Source of the DNA: Malacoraja senta | Lineage: Eukaryota | Length of the DNA stretch: 64,000 bases | Assembly: GCA_038087875.1 (NCBI GenBank) | Contig: JAXLNO010003381.1 | Coordinates: 1-64,000, forward strand | Reading direction: 5' to 3' | Part shown: piece by piece, positions 38,017 through 51,300 of the stretch | Layout of the letters: every line of letters starts with the position of its first letter | Position numbering within the stretch: the first letter of the stretch is position 1 | Notes under the pieces: model-generated | Databases searched by the model: none | What the model saw: only the letters and a program-made list of their open reading frames with translations | What the model was told of the DNA's origin: nothing | Translations under genes and position numbers: made by a program

Positions 38017-39211
38017 GTATGCTTACAACATCTCCCATGTAGATGTTTCATTACAAAACATTTGTACATATTTACACAATCTCTCACTTGCGAATCCTGT
38101 TCCTCATACACATATTTGCAAGCCACTTCGCTTCGTGTAAACATTCACAAAATACAGGGAAATTAAAGCAATTGTCTGGAAAGCACTGGGGCCTGTTTCT
38201 GCGCTGTATGACTCTATGACTTAGCAACAATACTGTCTTTCTTGGTAAACTGGATGGTGGAAAGTCAACCAGTGAGTTTTAACAACAAGCCGGCAGTTTG
38301 TGTTCAACAGTACATATACATATTTATTTTTAAATCACAAATTAATAGCAGTTCAAAATCCACAGCTGTTCTAATTAAGGCAAAAGAAAAATGGTGGAAA
38401 ATCTCAACATGTTCGGCGACATTCGTGGAAAGCGGGAGTGATGAATCCCTGGAATAACCTGCTACTGGGAGGTTATGGAGGCTGGATCATTATGGGTATT
38501 TAAAGAGGAGTTTGAAGGGGCAGGGAGTTGAGGGCATTGAGGAACTGGCACAGGAGAGGAGATGAGGTTGGAGCAGATCAGCCATGATTGTGTTGAATGG
38601 CGGAATTGGCTTGAAGGGCTGAATGGCCTATTTCTGCTCTTATTTTCTTACGTTGAATACAAACTCTAAGAGACATACAGCACGAACCAGGTCATTTGGC
38701 CCAATTTGTCCTTGCCAACCCATCTATGATAGTCTCACCTTCCCGCTTTTGGCCCATATCCCTCTAAACCTTTCCTATCCATGTACCTGTACAAAAGTAT
38801 TTTAAATGTTGTTATAGTACCTCTGAACTAACTCCTCTAGCAGCTTGTTCCTTACACCCACCACCCTCCGAGTGAAAAAGTTGAACCTCGGGTTCCTACT
38901 AAATCTTTCCCCTCTCACCTTAAGGTCATCGTACTATCATGTTGTCTCTGTTTCTATCTCCACAGTTGCTGCTGACCTGCCGAGTGTTTTCGCATTTTTC
39001 ATTTTCAGCACGGATTATTGTGGGCCGAAGGGCCTGTTGTACTTATCTATGTTCTATCTTTATCAGATTCCCAAAATCTGTAGTTATCTTGATGACCATG
39101 CACTGTTCTTGGTGAGATCTGAACGCAAATGTCTGGATTTGTGGGTAAGCAAAGACAATTTTACCAGACTGTCCGTTTCCAATGTTTTTTTGGTGTTCTC
39201 CGGTGCTTGAA

Positions 39212-39367
39212 TTAATTATTATCAGTGAGAATTGTTGCGTACACAATTTCTGCGGCACCTTGCCTCTTGGCTTGTCCTTGTGTGTTCATATCCTGAAGGT
39301 TCATGTAAGTATTCTCCGTGCTAGCTGGAGAACGGGTTGTCACGGTGGTATAAATGACAGGGGTTTC
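39212..39367 (-). CDS. Gene B exon 8, ITIM tail ([51 protein letters not shown])
   Basis: Phase-0 acceptor ctccaag|GAA; 52 codons to TAA. Contains VIYTTV (canonical ITIM), TYMNL and IVYATI (ITIM-like). Confidence 0.85.
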   Translation of the reverse strand, partial: ETPVIYTTVTTRSPASTENTYMNLQDMNTQGQAKRQGAAEIVYATILTDNN

Positions 39368-42300
39368 CTTGGAGTCAAGTGAGAAACATAATTACTTAAA
39401 GATAGTGTCAGAAGGTAGACAAAAATGCTGGAGAAACTCAGCGGCTGAGGTAGCATCTATGGAGCGAAGGAGTAGGTGACGTTCGTGTCGAGACCCTTCT
39501 TCAGACTGATGTCAGGGGAGTGGGCGGTACAGAGATAAAATGTAGTCGGAGACAGTAAGACTGGTGGGGGAACTGGGAAGGGGGAAGGGATGGAGAGAGA
39601 GGGAAAGCAAGGGCTGCTTTGACATTTCCAACACGAAACGTCACCTATTTCCTTCAGTCCATAGATGCTGCCTCACCCACTGAGTTTCTCCAGCATTTTT
39701 GTCTACCTTCGATTTTTCCAGCATCTGCAGCTTTCTCAAATGTAGTGTCAGCAGTGTTTNNNNNNNNNNNNNNNNNNNNNNNNNNNNNNNNNNNNNNNNN
39801 NNNNNNNNNNNNNNNNNNNNNNNNNNNNNNNNNNNNNNNNNNNNNNNNNNNNNNNNNNNNNNNNNNNNNNNNNNNNNNNNNNNNNNNNNNNNNNNNNNNN
39901 NNNNNNNNNNNNNNNNNNNNNNNNNNNNNNNNNNNNNNNNNNNNNNNNNNNNNNNNNNNNNNNNNNNNNNNNNNNNNNNNNNNNNNNNNNNNNNNNNNNN
40001 NNNNNNNNNNNNNNNNNNNNNNNNNNNNNNNNNNNNNNNNNNNNNNNNNNNNNNNNNNNNNNNNNNNNNNNNNNNNNNNNNNNNNNNNNNNNNNNNNNNN
40101 NNNNNNNNNNNNNNNNNNNNNNNNNNNNNNNNNNNNNNNNNNNNNNNNNNNNNNNNNNNNNNNNNAACCAATGCCCCCAAGACTAATTAGTTTGGACCTT
40201 ATTTGAGCTTTTTGTGTTTAATAGGTGAAATAAGAGCGCGGCCAGGGTGGCAGAGGTGAAATGAGAGCGCGGCCAGGGTGATGTGGGTCTCAGATGATGC
40301 TGGCTGCCTTTTTGAGGACAGCAAACACAAAATGCTGGAGTAACCAGCGGGTCATGCAACATCTCTGGAGAAAAGGAATAGGTGGCATTTTGGGTCGAGA
40401 CCCTTCTTCAGACCTAAACATAATTACTTAGTTTAGTTTAGTTTAGAGATGCTGAATGGAAACAGGCCCCTTGATCCATCAAGTCCACGCTGACCATCGA
40501 TCACCCATTAACAGTTGTTCCATGTTGTCCCACTTTTGCATCCTACACACTGGGGGCAATTTACAGAAGCCAATTAACCTACAAACCTGCACATCATTGG
40601 AATGTGGGAGTGAACCGGATCACCCGGAGAAAACCCGGGCGGTCACAGGGAGAACGCACGAACACTGCACAGACAACATCCGAGGTCAGGATCGAACTCG
40701 GGTCTCTGGCGCTGTGAGGCAGTAACTCTACCGCTGCGCCACTGTGCTGCCCACTGACAACAGGAGTGAACTCAGTAGAGACCATTAATGGCAACAAAGG
40801 AAGTTAAAGGATGGTGGCACAGCTGGTAGATTCTACTGCCTCACAGCGACCATCGATCACCTGTTCCACCTTAGATCTATGTTATCCCACTTTCTCATCC
40901 ACTCCCTACCCACTGGGAGAAATTTATGGAGGGCTATTCACTTACAAATCCGCCCGTCTTTGGGATGTGGGAGGAAACCGGAGCATCCAGACGAAACCCA
41001 GGTGGTCACAGGAAGAAACCTGCAAACTCCACACAGACAGCACCCATGTTCAGAATGTAACCCAGATGTTGTGCTTTGAGTTTGTGCCTGGCCTCACCAA
41101 GGCAGTGGAGAAGGCCAAGGATGGGCACTCGATCATTGAGGTGCCATGTTAAGTGATCGATATGTCATGTGATGTGCAACCCTTCAGGGGTGATATCCAG
41201 TAAGGTTGTTTTATTCCCTGGGGCTACAACATGCTGCGGCATTGCCTTACCTTGAAACTTCCTGCTGGATTTATCTGACTTATAATTCTCTGTCCATTTG
41301 AGCCTGAAAAATATAATGATAATTAAATCTTATATGGACTTAATTGAAGTCAAACACGCAAAGGATAATGTTGCATTTTATCCATTGAGGTCATACTTGA
41401 TTCCCTTTCATGAAAACTTAGTTTAGAAATACAATATGTAAATAGGCCCTTCGGCCCACCAACCACTGATCACCCGTTCACATTAGTTCTCCCAGAGACA
41501 CACTTTTCACCCAGAGAGTTGTGAATCTGTGGAATCTTCACCCAGAGAGTTGTGAATCTGTGGAATTCTCTGCCACCGCGAGCAGTGGGGCAATTTATAG
41601 AGGCCAATTAACCTACTAACCGGCACGTCTTTGGGATGGGTCATACAGTGTGAAAACAGGCCCTTCGGCCCAACTTGGCCACGCCGCCCAACATGCCCCC
41701 CATCTACATGAGTCCCACCTGCCTGCATTTGGCCCCATATCCTTCTAAACCTGTCCTATCCATGTACTTGTCCCAATGTGGGATGCGGAAGGAAACCGGA
41801 GCACCTGGAGGAAACCCATGCGGTCAATAGGGAGAACATGCAAACTCCACGGCAGGCAACACCCGAGGTCAGTATTGAACTTTGGACTCTGATGCTGTGA
41901 GGTAGCAGCTCTACCAGTTGCGCCACTGCACTACCCCTTTATAAAAATTACAACGACTTGATGGAAATTACTGCATCAGTAGGTGTGAAGTAGGATATTG
42001 TATTTATGTAGCATTTTATGAAAGCTTCAGGAAGTTGCATTGGATTATGAAATACTTGCTTCATGACACAGTCTACTGTAGAACAATGTTAAATCTCATG
42101 GGAAACCTCATTATGACCTGGCAGGTAACTTATTTACCATTTCTTGGATATGGTAAAGTTTAGTTTAGTTTTGAGATACAGCGTGGAAACAGGCCTTTCG
42201 GCCCACCGAGTCCGCACCGACCAGCGATCACCGCACACTAACGCTATCCTACATTAGGGCCAATTTTTACAAGGGAAATAGAAAATAAGTGCAGGAGTAG

Positions 42301-45300
42301 GCCATTTGCCCTTTGAGCCAGCACTGCCATTCAATATGATCATGGCTGATCATCCATAATCAGTATCCCGCTCTGGGCTTTTCTCCCCATATTCCTTGAA
42401 TCCCTTAGCCCTAAGAGCTAAATCGAACTTTCTCTTGAAAACATCCAGTGAATTGGCCTCCACTGCCTTCTGTGGCAATATTCCCACAGGCTCACAACTC
42501 TCTGGGTGTTAAAGGTTTTCCTCATCTCAGTCCTAAATGGCCTACCCCTTATTCTTAAACTGCGACCCCTGGTCCTGGACTCCCCCAACATCCTGAACAT
42601 TTTTCCTGCATCTTACTTGTCCAATCCTCTAAGAATTTTATATGTTTCTATAAGATATCCTCTCATCCTTCTAAATTCCAGTGAATACAAGCCCAGTCGA
42701 CACATTCTATCATCATATGTCAGTCCCATCATCCTGGGAATTAACCTGGTGAACCTACGCTGCACTCCCTCAATAGCAATAATGTCCTTCCTCAAATAGG
42801 AGACCAAAATTGCACACAATACTCCAGGAGTGGTCTCACAAGGGCCCTGCAACAACTGCAGTAGGACTTCCTTGCTCCCAAACTCAAATCCTCTCGCAAT
42901 AAAGGCCAACATGCCATTGGCTTTCTTCACTGCCTGCTGTACCAGCATGCTTACTTTCAGTGACTGATGAACAAGCACACCCAGGTCTTGTTGCACCTCC
43001 CCTTCTCCTAATCTGACACCATTCAGATAATAATCTGTCTTCCTGTTCTTGCCACCAAAGTGGATAACCTCACATTTATCCACATTATACTCTATCTGTC
43101 ATGCTTCTGCCCACTCACCCAACCTATCCAAGTCACCCTGCAGCCTCATAGCATCCTCCTTGCTGCTCACACAACCATCCAACTTTGTGTCATCCGCAAA
43201 CTTAGAGATGTCACATTTAATTCCCTCGTCTAAATCGTAAATATATATTGTATATAACTGGGGTCCCAGCACCGAGCCTGGCGGCACCCCACTAGTCATG
43301 CCTGCCAATCTGAAAAGGACCCATTAATTCCTACTCTTTGCTTCCTGTGTGCTCTAATTTTGCACACTAATCTCTTGTGTGGGACCTTGTCAAAGGCTTT
43401 TTGAAAGTCCAGATACACCACATCCACTGGTTCTCCCTTATCCATTCTACTTGTTACATCCTCAAAAAATTCCAAAAGATTAGTAATGCAATGATTTCCT
43501 CTTCATAAATCCATGCTGACTTTGACCAATCTTGTCACTGCTTTCCAAATGCGCTGCTATAACATCTTTCATTATCAATTCCAGCATCTTCCCCACTACC
43601 GATGTAAGGCTAACTGGACTATAATTCCCCGTTTTCTCTATCCTTCGTTTCGTAAAAAGTGGAATTACATTGGCTACCCTGCAGTTCACAGGAACTGATC
43701 CAAGTGGAGAGAACATTGGAAAATTATCACCAATGTATCCACGATTTCTCGGGCCACCTCCTTGCGTACTCAGGGATGCAGACCATCAGGCCCTGGGGAT
43801 TTATATGTCCCAACAGTTTACCTAACACCATGTAAGGACTCCATCCCCCACTCCCAATTCCTCCGTCTACGCCGCATCTGCTCCCAGGATTGAGGCGTTC
43901 CACACCAGGGCATCTGAATGTCCTCATTCTTCAGGGAACGGGGGTTCCCCTCCTCCACCATAGATGAGGCTCGCACCAGGGTCTCTGCCATACCCCGCAA
44001 CACTGCTCTCTCTCCCCATCCCCCCACTCACAACAAGGGCAGAGTTTCCCTAGTCCTCACCTTTCACCCCACCAGCCGTCACATACAACATGTGATCCTC
44101 CGTCAGTTTCGCCACCTCCAACGTGACCCCACCACTCGCCACATCTTCCCATCTCCCCCCATGTCTGCCTTCCGCAAAGACCGCTCCCTCTGTAACTCCC
44201 TTGTCAATTCTTCCCTTCCCTCCCATACCTCTCCCTCCCCTGGTACTTTCCCTTGCAACCGCAAGAGACGCAACACTTGTCCCTTCACCTCCCTCCTCGA
44301 CTCCATTCAAGGACCCAAGCAGTCGTTCCAGGTGCGACAGAGGTTCACCTGCATCTCCTCCAACCTCATCTATTGCATCCGCTGCTCTAGATGCCAGCTG
44401 ATCTACATCGGTGAGACCAAGCGGAGGCTTGGCGATCGTTTCGCCGAACACCTCCGGTCGGTCCGCAATAACCAACTTGACCTCCCGGTGGCTCAGCACT
44501 TCAACTCCCCCTCCCATTCCGTATCTGACCTCTCTGTCCTGGGTCTCCTCCATGGCCACAGCGAGCAACACCGTAAATTGGAGGAAATGCACCTCATATT
44601 CCGCTTGGGCAGTCTACATCCTGGGGGCTTGAACATTGAATTCTCCCAATTCTGCTAGCCCTTGCTGTCCCCTCCCCCTCATCAGCCCTCTGGTTGTCTC
44701 CTCCCCCCCCCCCCAGCCCTCAGGCTCCTCCTCTGCCTTTTTCCTATTTTCCTTTCTTCTCCCCACACCCTATCAGTCTGAAGAAGGGTTTCGGCCCGAA
44801 ACGTTGCCTATTTCCTTCGCTCCATAGATGCTGCTACACCCGCTGAGTTTCTCCAGCATTTTTGTGTACCTACCATTTTCTGACTAATGTGGACTCCCTT
44901 CATTTCTTCCCTCCCACTAGATCCTCGGTCCCTAGTATTTCCAGGAGATTGTTTGTATCTTCCTTAGTGAAGACAAAACAAAGTACCTGTTTAACTGTTC
45001 TGTCATTCCCTTGTTTCCCATTATAAATCCACCTGTCTCTGACTGTAAGGGACCTACATTCGTCTTCATTAATCTTTTCCTTTTTACATACCTAAAGAAA
45101 CTTTTACAGTCAGTTTTTATATTCCCCGCAAGCTTTCTTTCATGCTCTCCCCCCCCCCCCCTTTGTCCCCCTCTGTTCTAAATTTCTCCCAGTCCTCTGG
45201 TTTGCCACTTCTTCTGGCCAATTTGTATGCCTCTTCCTTAGATTTAACACTATCCTTGACTTCCCCGTCAGCCACGGTTGAGCCGCCTTCCCAGTTTTAT

Positions 45301-48300
45301 TTATTTGCCAGACGGGGATGAACAATTTCTGTGTTCATCCTTGCGGTCTTTAAATCTTTGCCATTGCATCTCCACTGTCAAGTATAGTTTGCCAGTCTAT
45401 CCTAGCCAATTCAGTCTGAAGAAGGGTTTCGGCCCGAAACGTTGCCTATTTCCTTCCAGTGTTGTATGTCTCTATGACTTCATGATTCAGCAAAGTTGTC
45501 ACCAGTCATCTCTCCTGCCTTCCTCCTGCAGATCTTACATCCACAGCTCCTGGACATTTCCAATGGTTCTACTTCAAAACAGCTTTACAATTTCCGGATA
45601 ATTTCACTGCATGGAGATTCAGAGGTTTCACGTGTCATCGCTAAGCTAAATAACAGGACGTCAGTGTCTGAACCTGTTGGGAAATATGTTTGGCTCCTTC
45701 TGCATCTGAAAGATCTCAATCGTCTCCTGGCTTACTGTGGCCATCACTACCTCTGTACCATTTGCAGATGAAAACATTCTTGTTCAATCTGGATAAGACT
45801 GACACACTTCTGCATATTATTGCAGCTTCCAACCAGATGGTTTTCACAGAACCATCAGTATGGAAGCAGGCCCTTTGGCCCTTTGAGCTCATGCTGGCCC
45901 ATCAAGCATCCATTTCCATTCATCTCCACAATCCCATTTTTTTTCGCCCCTTCTTCCTATCAATTCACCACAGATTTGACCACTTTCATCACACGGATCA
46001 AACCGACAGAGGAAGTGGTAAAGGCAAGTCCAAATCCATCGTTTAAAAGATATTTGGAGAGATACATGGAGAACAAAGCTTTAAGAGTGATGTGGGACAA
46101 GCACAGGTAAGTGGGACTAGCGTAGGGAAGCACCTTGGGCGTCAGTAAGGACGAGTTGGGCTAAAGGGCCTGTCTCTCTGGTGTAAACCCATGCGCTCAC
46201 AGGGAGAACGTATAAACTCTATACAGACAGCACTCATAGTCAGGATCGAGCCCGGGTTTCTGGCGTTGTAAGTCAGCAACTCTTCTGCTTTGCCACTGTG
46301 CCGCCCTGAAATGTCACCTGTCCATGTTCTCCAGAGATGCTGCCTGACCCGCTGAGTTACACCAGCACTTGGTGTCTTTCCCTGCTGTTATACGGTAGGT
46401 GAATGGTCTGTGTTTGTGAAAAGCACCTCAGAGAGAAGTGCCAAATCTTTGTTAATCAGCAAGAGTGCCCCTTGATATTTACATACATTCAACGGAACTT
46501 ACCAGTTTTCTTTTTCTGCCTCATTTTTACACATAGGATAATGGCAGCGATGAACAGAAGAAAGACAATTGTCAAGGCAATCGGTAGAACAACTTGCCAT
46601 GAAAATGTACCTGCCTCCCTGCAAAATACAAGAAAAAACAATGACGAGCTCATGGTAATAGGACTGATTCCCTCCCCAGTAACGAACCATGCGTTTCGAT
46701 CCGGAAAGTAAAAATGTGGAAATATACTTGAATGCAGTGCAGGTTAAATTCTATAATATTATGAATAATTCTATTGGTATTTAAGGAACTATAAAGTAGT
46801 TTAGAGTTTAGAGATATGACATGGGAACAGGCCCTTTGGCCCATTGTGTCCATGCCGACCATTTAGGGTTGGCACGGTGACGCAGTGGCAGGGTTGCTCC
46901 CTCACAGCGCAGGAGACCCGGGTTCGATCCTGACTACCGGTGCTGTCTGTACAGAGTTTGTACGTTCTCCCTGTGATCGCAAGAGTTTTTTCCAGGTTCT
47001 CCGGTTTCCTCCCACATTCCAAAGACGTGCGGGTTTGTAGGCTAATTGGCTTCTGTAAATTGTCCGTAATGTGTAGAACAGAACTGGTGTATGGGGTGAT
47101 CGCTGCTCAGAGCGGACTCGGCGGGCCAAAGGGCCCATTTTCACGCTGTATATTTAAACTGAGCAGAACTGAACTTCACTAATTTGTTCTCAGGTGAGGC
47201 TGAGTTGCCTCTTCGAGTTACTAACCATTTTGAACCAGGAGCCTCAGTGGAACTTGCTTCCTTGGTGGTTGGTGTACCTTGAGGCGTGGTGGTCAGAGTG
47301 TTTGTGGTGGTGATCATGTCTGGGCGGCGTGTTTGAGACCCTTGTGGAGATAAAGAAAATTAAGTTTTTAAATATTAAATGCCTGAAAGCACGTTCTGTG
47401 CCACTTTAGTGAGGTGTGGGAGATGCTCCAGTTGGGAACGCTCTTGCTCTGTGTGGGGAGATTCTTGGTTTGAATCCCACTGCACACATTTGGGCAAAGC
47501 TCCTTCTGAGGCCACGATAGATGGACCAAGCCTCTTGATCTAGACAGGAGGCTCACTCATTAAGATGCCGCAGGATGGTCACAAGCATTCAGAGACTTCT
47601 TTCATGCCCATCAGCGTCCCACAGGCTGTGTTGTCTGCCTGCTGCTGGAGTTAGGCACGTGTCTTCTACGTTGGAGAAGAACTTGGGAGCGGGAGGATCC
47701 ATGGACTATTTGCGTTAAGCGGACTGAATTGGAAATAATGCAATTTGGTTGGAGGTATCTAACTGAAACATTAACTCTCATTCTCTCTCCACAGAAGCTG
47801 CCGATCCCGTTGAGTATCTCATCTTGCACAGTTTGTGTGACTCAGTGTAAAGTCTATATCACTCAGCTCATGCGGGTTCTTCGTTCATAAGTTATAGAGG
47901 CAGATTTAGGCCATTGGCCCATTGAGCGCCATTCAATCATGGCTGATCTATCTCTCCCTCTCAACCCCATTCTCCTGCGTTCTCCCCATATTGCTTGACA
48001 CCCGTACTAATCAATAATCTGTCAATCTCCACCTTAAAAATACCCAATGACTTGGGCCTCATTGGAAACATGGTAAAAGCTTTTTCCTGTACCTCAACGG
48101 ACAATAGACAATAGGTACAGGAGTAGGCCATTCGGCCATTCGTGCCAGTACCGCCATTCAATGTGATCATGGCTGATCATCCCCAATCAGTACCCCGTTC
48201 CTGCCTACTCCCCATATCCCCTGACTCCGCTATCGTTAAGAGCCCTATCTAGCTCTCTCTCGAAAGTATCCATTATTATATTTGTCACCTCAGTACAGGT

Positions 48301-51300
48301 GACAACAATAAACTCAGCTCATGGCTCACTAATGTTTGTGAGACACAAGGAATTGCAGGTGCTGGAATCTTGAGCAAAACAAAAAGTGCTGGAGTAACTC
48401 AGCAGGTCAGGCAGCATCTGTGGAAGGAATGAACTGACGATGTATAGGGTTGGGATCCTTCTTCAGATGTTGTGTGTGTGGTGGGTGTAACAGTGACGGG
48501 CAGGGGGAGAGGGTGAGGGGGCGCCCCCCCCCTGCCCCAGTGAGGGGCACCAGAGGAGAGGTTCTGGTCCCGGAGAGATCGTCTTTGGGGAAATGAGCCG
48601 CCAGCAGCAGAACCGCCGGTCCCCATTGATGAGCTCACCCCCCTCCCCCACACACTGCTCCTGGGACAGTGAGATCGTGGTGTGGCCCCATGCAGCGGGT
48701 CCCCCCTACCCCCCTCACCTCCCCCCAACTCCACCCCCCCCACAGACCCCCGGGGATGTCACCATCAGGACCGAGGCCGGGAATTCCCAGGCTGGAATTT
48801 TCACATCTGGGAGAGTGAGGAGAGATCATCAACGTACCTTCAGAAACCTTCAATGAGATGGAGGTCTTTTCATTGAATTTCCATCGAACCTGTATGACAC
48901 ACCAGTACCGTCCTTCATCACTCTTCTCCAGGTTGTCGATGGTTACGGAAAGTTTCTGTTGTGTTTTGTTATCAGTCATCGATGTTCTCTCATGTTGTGG
49001 GTCATCAGTAGAAACCACGGTAGAAGATGTCAAGTAATATTCACCATTACTCCATAGCTTCCTGTTGTCTCTGTAATCCTGACCATACGGACATTCCACA
49101 GTGATCGACTGCCCTAACTCTCCCCTCGCCTCCTCGGGTCCAGTTATTTCCCTTGACCCTGTTGGCACATTAATGATGAAAGATCACTCACACTGCAGCA
49201 AAACAAGCAAAGTTTTAACAATAAAAAATATGTCATTTGTGCTGTTCAGACAGGTTCATGGTTTCGCATAGATCATGTGTAGCAAGGAACTGCAGGTGCT
49301 GGTTTACACCTAAAGATAGACAGAAAGTGCTGGAGTAACTCGGCGGGTCAGGCAGAATCTCTGGAGAAATCGGATGGGTGTCCTTTTCGGGTCGGGACCC
49401 TTCTTGATCTCCCGGTTGCCAACCCTGTCCACGTCCCTTCCCATTCCCACACTGACCTTTCTGTCCAGGGCCTCCTCCATTGCCAGAGTGAGGCCACATG
49501 CAAATTGCAGGAACCGCACCTCATATTAGCTCAGGTAGTTTACAACCCAACGGTTTGAACGTTGAATTCTCTAATTGTAAGTATCTTCTACTAACCTGCC
49601 CCCTCCCCTCCCCCCTTGACCCCTTTATCCACCCTGGTGGGTGAGGGGCCGGAGTAACTCAACGGGCCAGTAAATGAGGTATCTACCAACCCCACCCCCC
49701 TCACCCCGACCCCCGGGGATGAGTCAACGAGTCACCGTCAGGACCGAGGTCGGAATTCCCAGGCTGGAATTTTCACATCTGGGAGAGTGAGGAGAAATCG
49801 TCAACGTACCTTCAGAAACCTTCAATGAGATGGAGGTCAATTCAATGGGTGAATCCTTTTCCTTTTCTATCACACACCTGTAGTATCCTTCATCACTCTT
49901 CTCCAGGTTGTCGATGGTTACTGAAACTATCCGTTGTGTTTTGTTATCAGTCATCGATGTTTTCCCTTGTTGTGGGTGATCAGTAGAAACCACGGTCACA
50001 GGTGCTGGGTAATAATCACCTTTAAGCCATCGCTTCCTGTTGTCACTGTATTCCCGATCATACTGACATTCCAAAGTGACCGACTGCCCCAACACTCCCC
50101 TCACCTCCTCGGGTTCAGTTATTCCCCTTGACCCTGTGGGCACATTAATGATGAAATATCACTCACACTGCAGCAACACAAGCTGAGGTTTAACAATAAA
50201 AAACATGTAATTTGTACTTAAGAGTTTAAGAAGGAACTGCAGATGCTGGAAAATCGAAGGTAGACAAAAGTGCTGGAGAAACTCAGCGGGTGCAGCAGCA
50301 TCTATGGAGCGAAGGAAATAGGCAACGTTTCGGGCCGAAACCCTTCTTCAGACTGTACAGACGGGTTCATGGTTTCGCATAGATCATGTGTAGCAAGGAA
50401 CTGCAGGTGCTGGTTTATAACAAAGATAGACACAAAGAGCTGGAGTGCAACAGAATCTATGGAAAAGAAGAGACACAAAATGCTGGAGTAACTCAGCGGG
50501 ACAGGCAGCATCTCTGGAGAAACCAACGGGTGATGTTTCCTCACCCATTCCTTCTCTCCAGAGATGCTGCCCGTCCCGCTGAGTTACTCCAGCATTTTGT
50601 GTCTCTTCTTTTCCATAGATTCTGTTGCACTTTAATGCTTTTCCCGCTGGTGTTAATTCCCATTTCACCGGGATTGTTCCCCAAGTTCCAGTGAAAGCAG
50701 AACTGCTCCTGAATCTATCTGGTGCCCAGATCCTCCTTCCCTGTGGGCGTGGCTTGACCTGAGTGGTGGTCATGTGACAGGAAGCCAACCTGTCACTCAC
50801 TCTGACCCACCCTGTGTTCAACCTCACTACAACCCACTTCCCCATTGAACTAGTAGAAACAAGGAACTGCAGATGCTGGTTAATACACAAAAGGACACAA
50901 AGTGCTGGAGTAACTCCACGGGTCAGGAACCATCTCTGGAGAAAGTGAAACTCTCTGGGTGAAAAGGTTTTTCCTCATCTGAGTCCAAAATGGCCTACCA
51001 CTTATTCAGGTCTCAACCCTAAACGTCACCTATCCATGTTCTCCAGAGATGCTGCCTGACCTGCTGACTTACTGGTATGGTATGGTATATGGACACACTG
51101 ATTTGTTTTGTAGTAAATACCTACTATGTTCTGTGTGCTGAAGCAAAGCAAGAATTTCATTGTCCTATCAGGGACACATTACAATAAACTCACTTGAACT
51201 TGAACTTGAACTCCAGCACTTTGTGCTTTACTAAAGCTGAATAGGCAGCTGCCTGTGATGCCTCAGCAGGTCAGGCAACATCGCTGGAGAACATGGATAT

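Larger units (their letters stand above)
42270..45410 (-). mobile_element. Degenerate CR1 LINE interrupted by the PLE at 43832-44871
   Basis: RT-like ORF pieces 42613-43083, 43099-43308 and 43480-43716; 3' tail at about 42270. Confidence 0.8.

Noticed and set aside
39619-40206. ORFs spanning N runs (also 60020-60603)
   Set aside because: Artefacts of the gaps.
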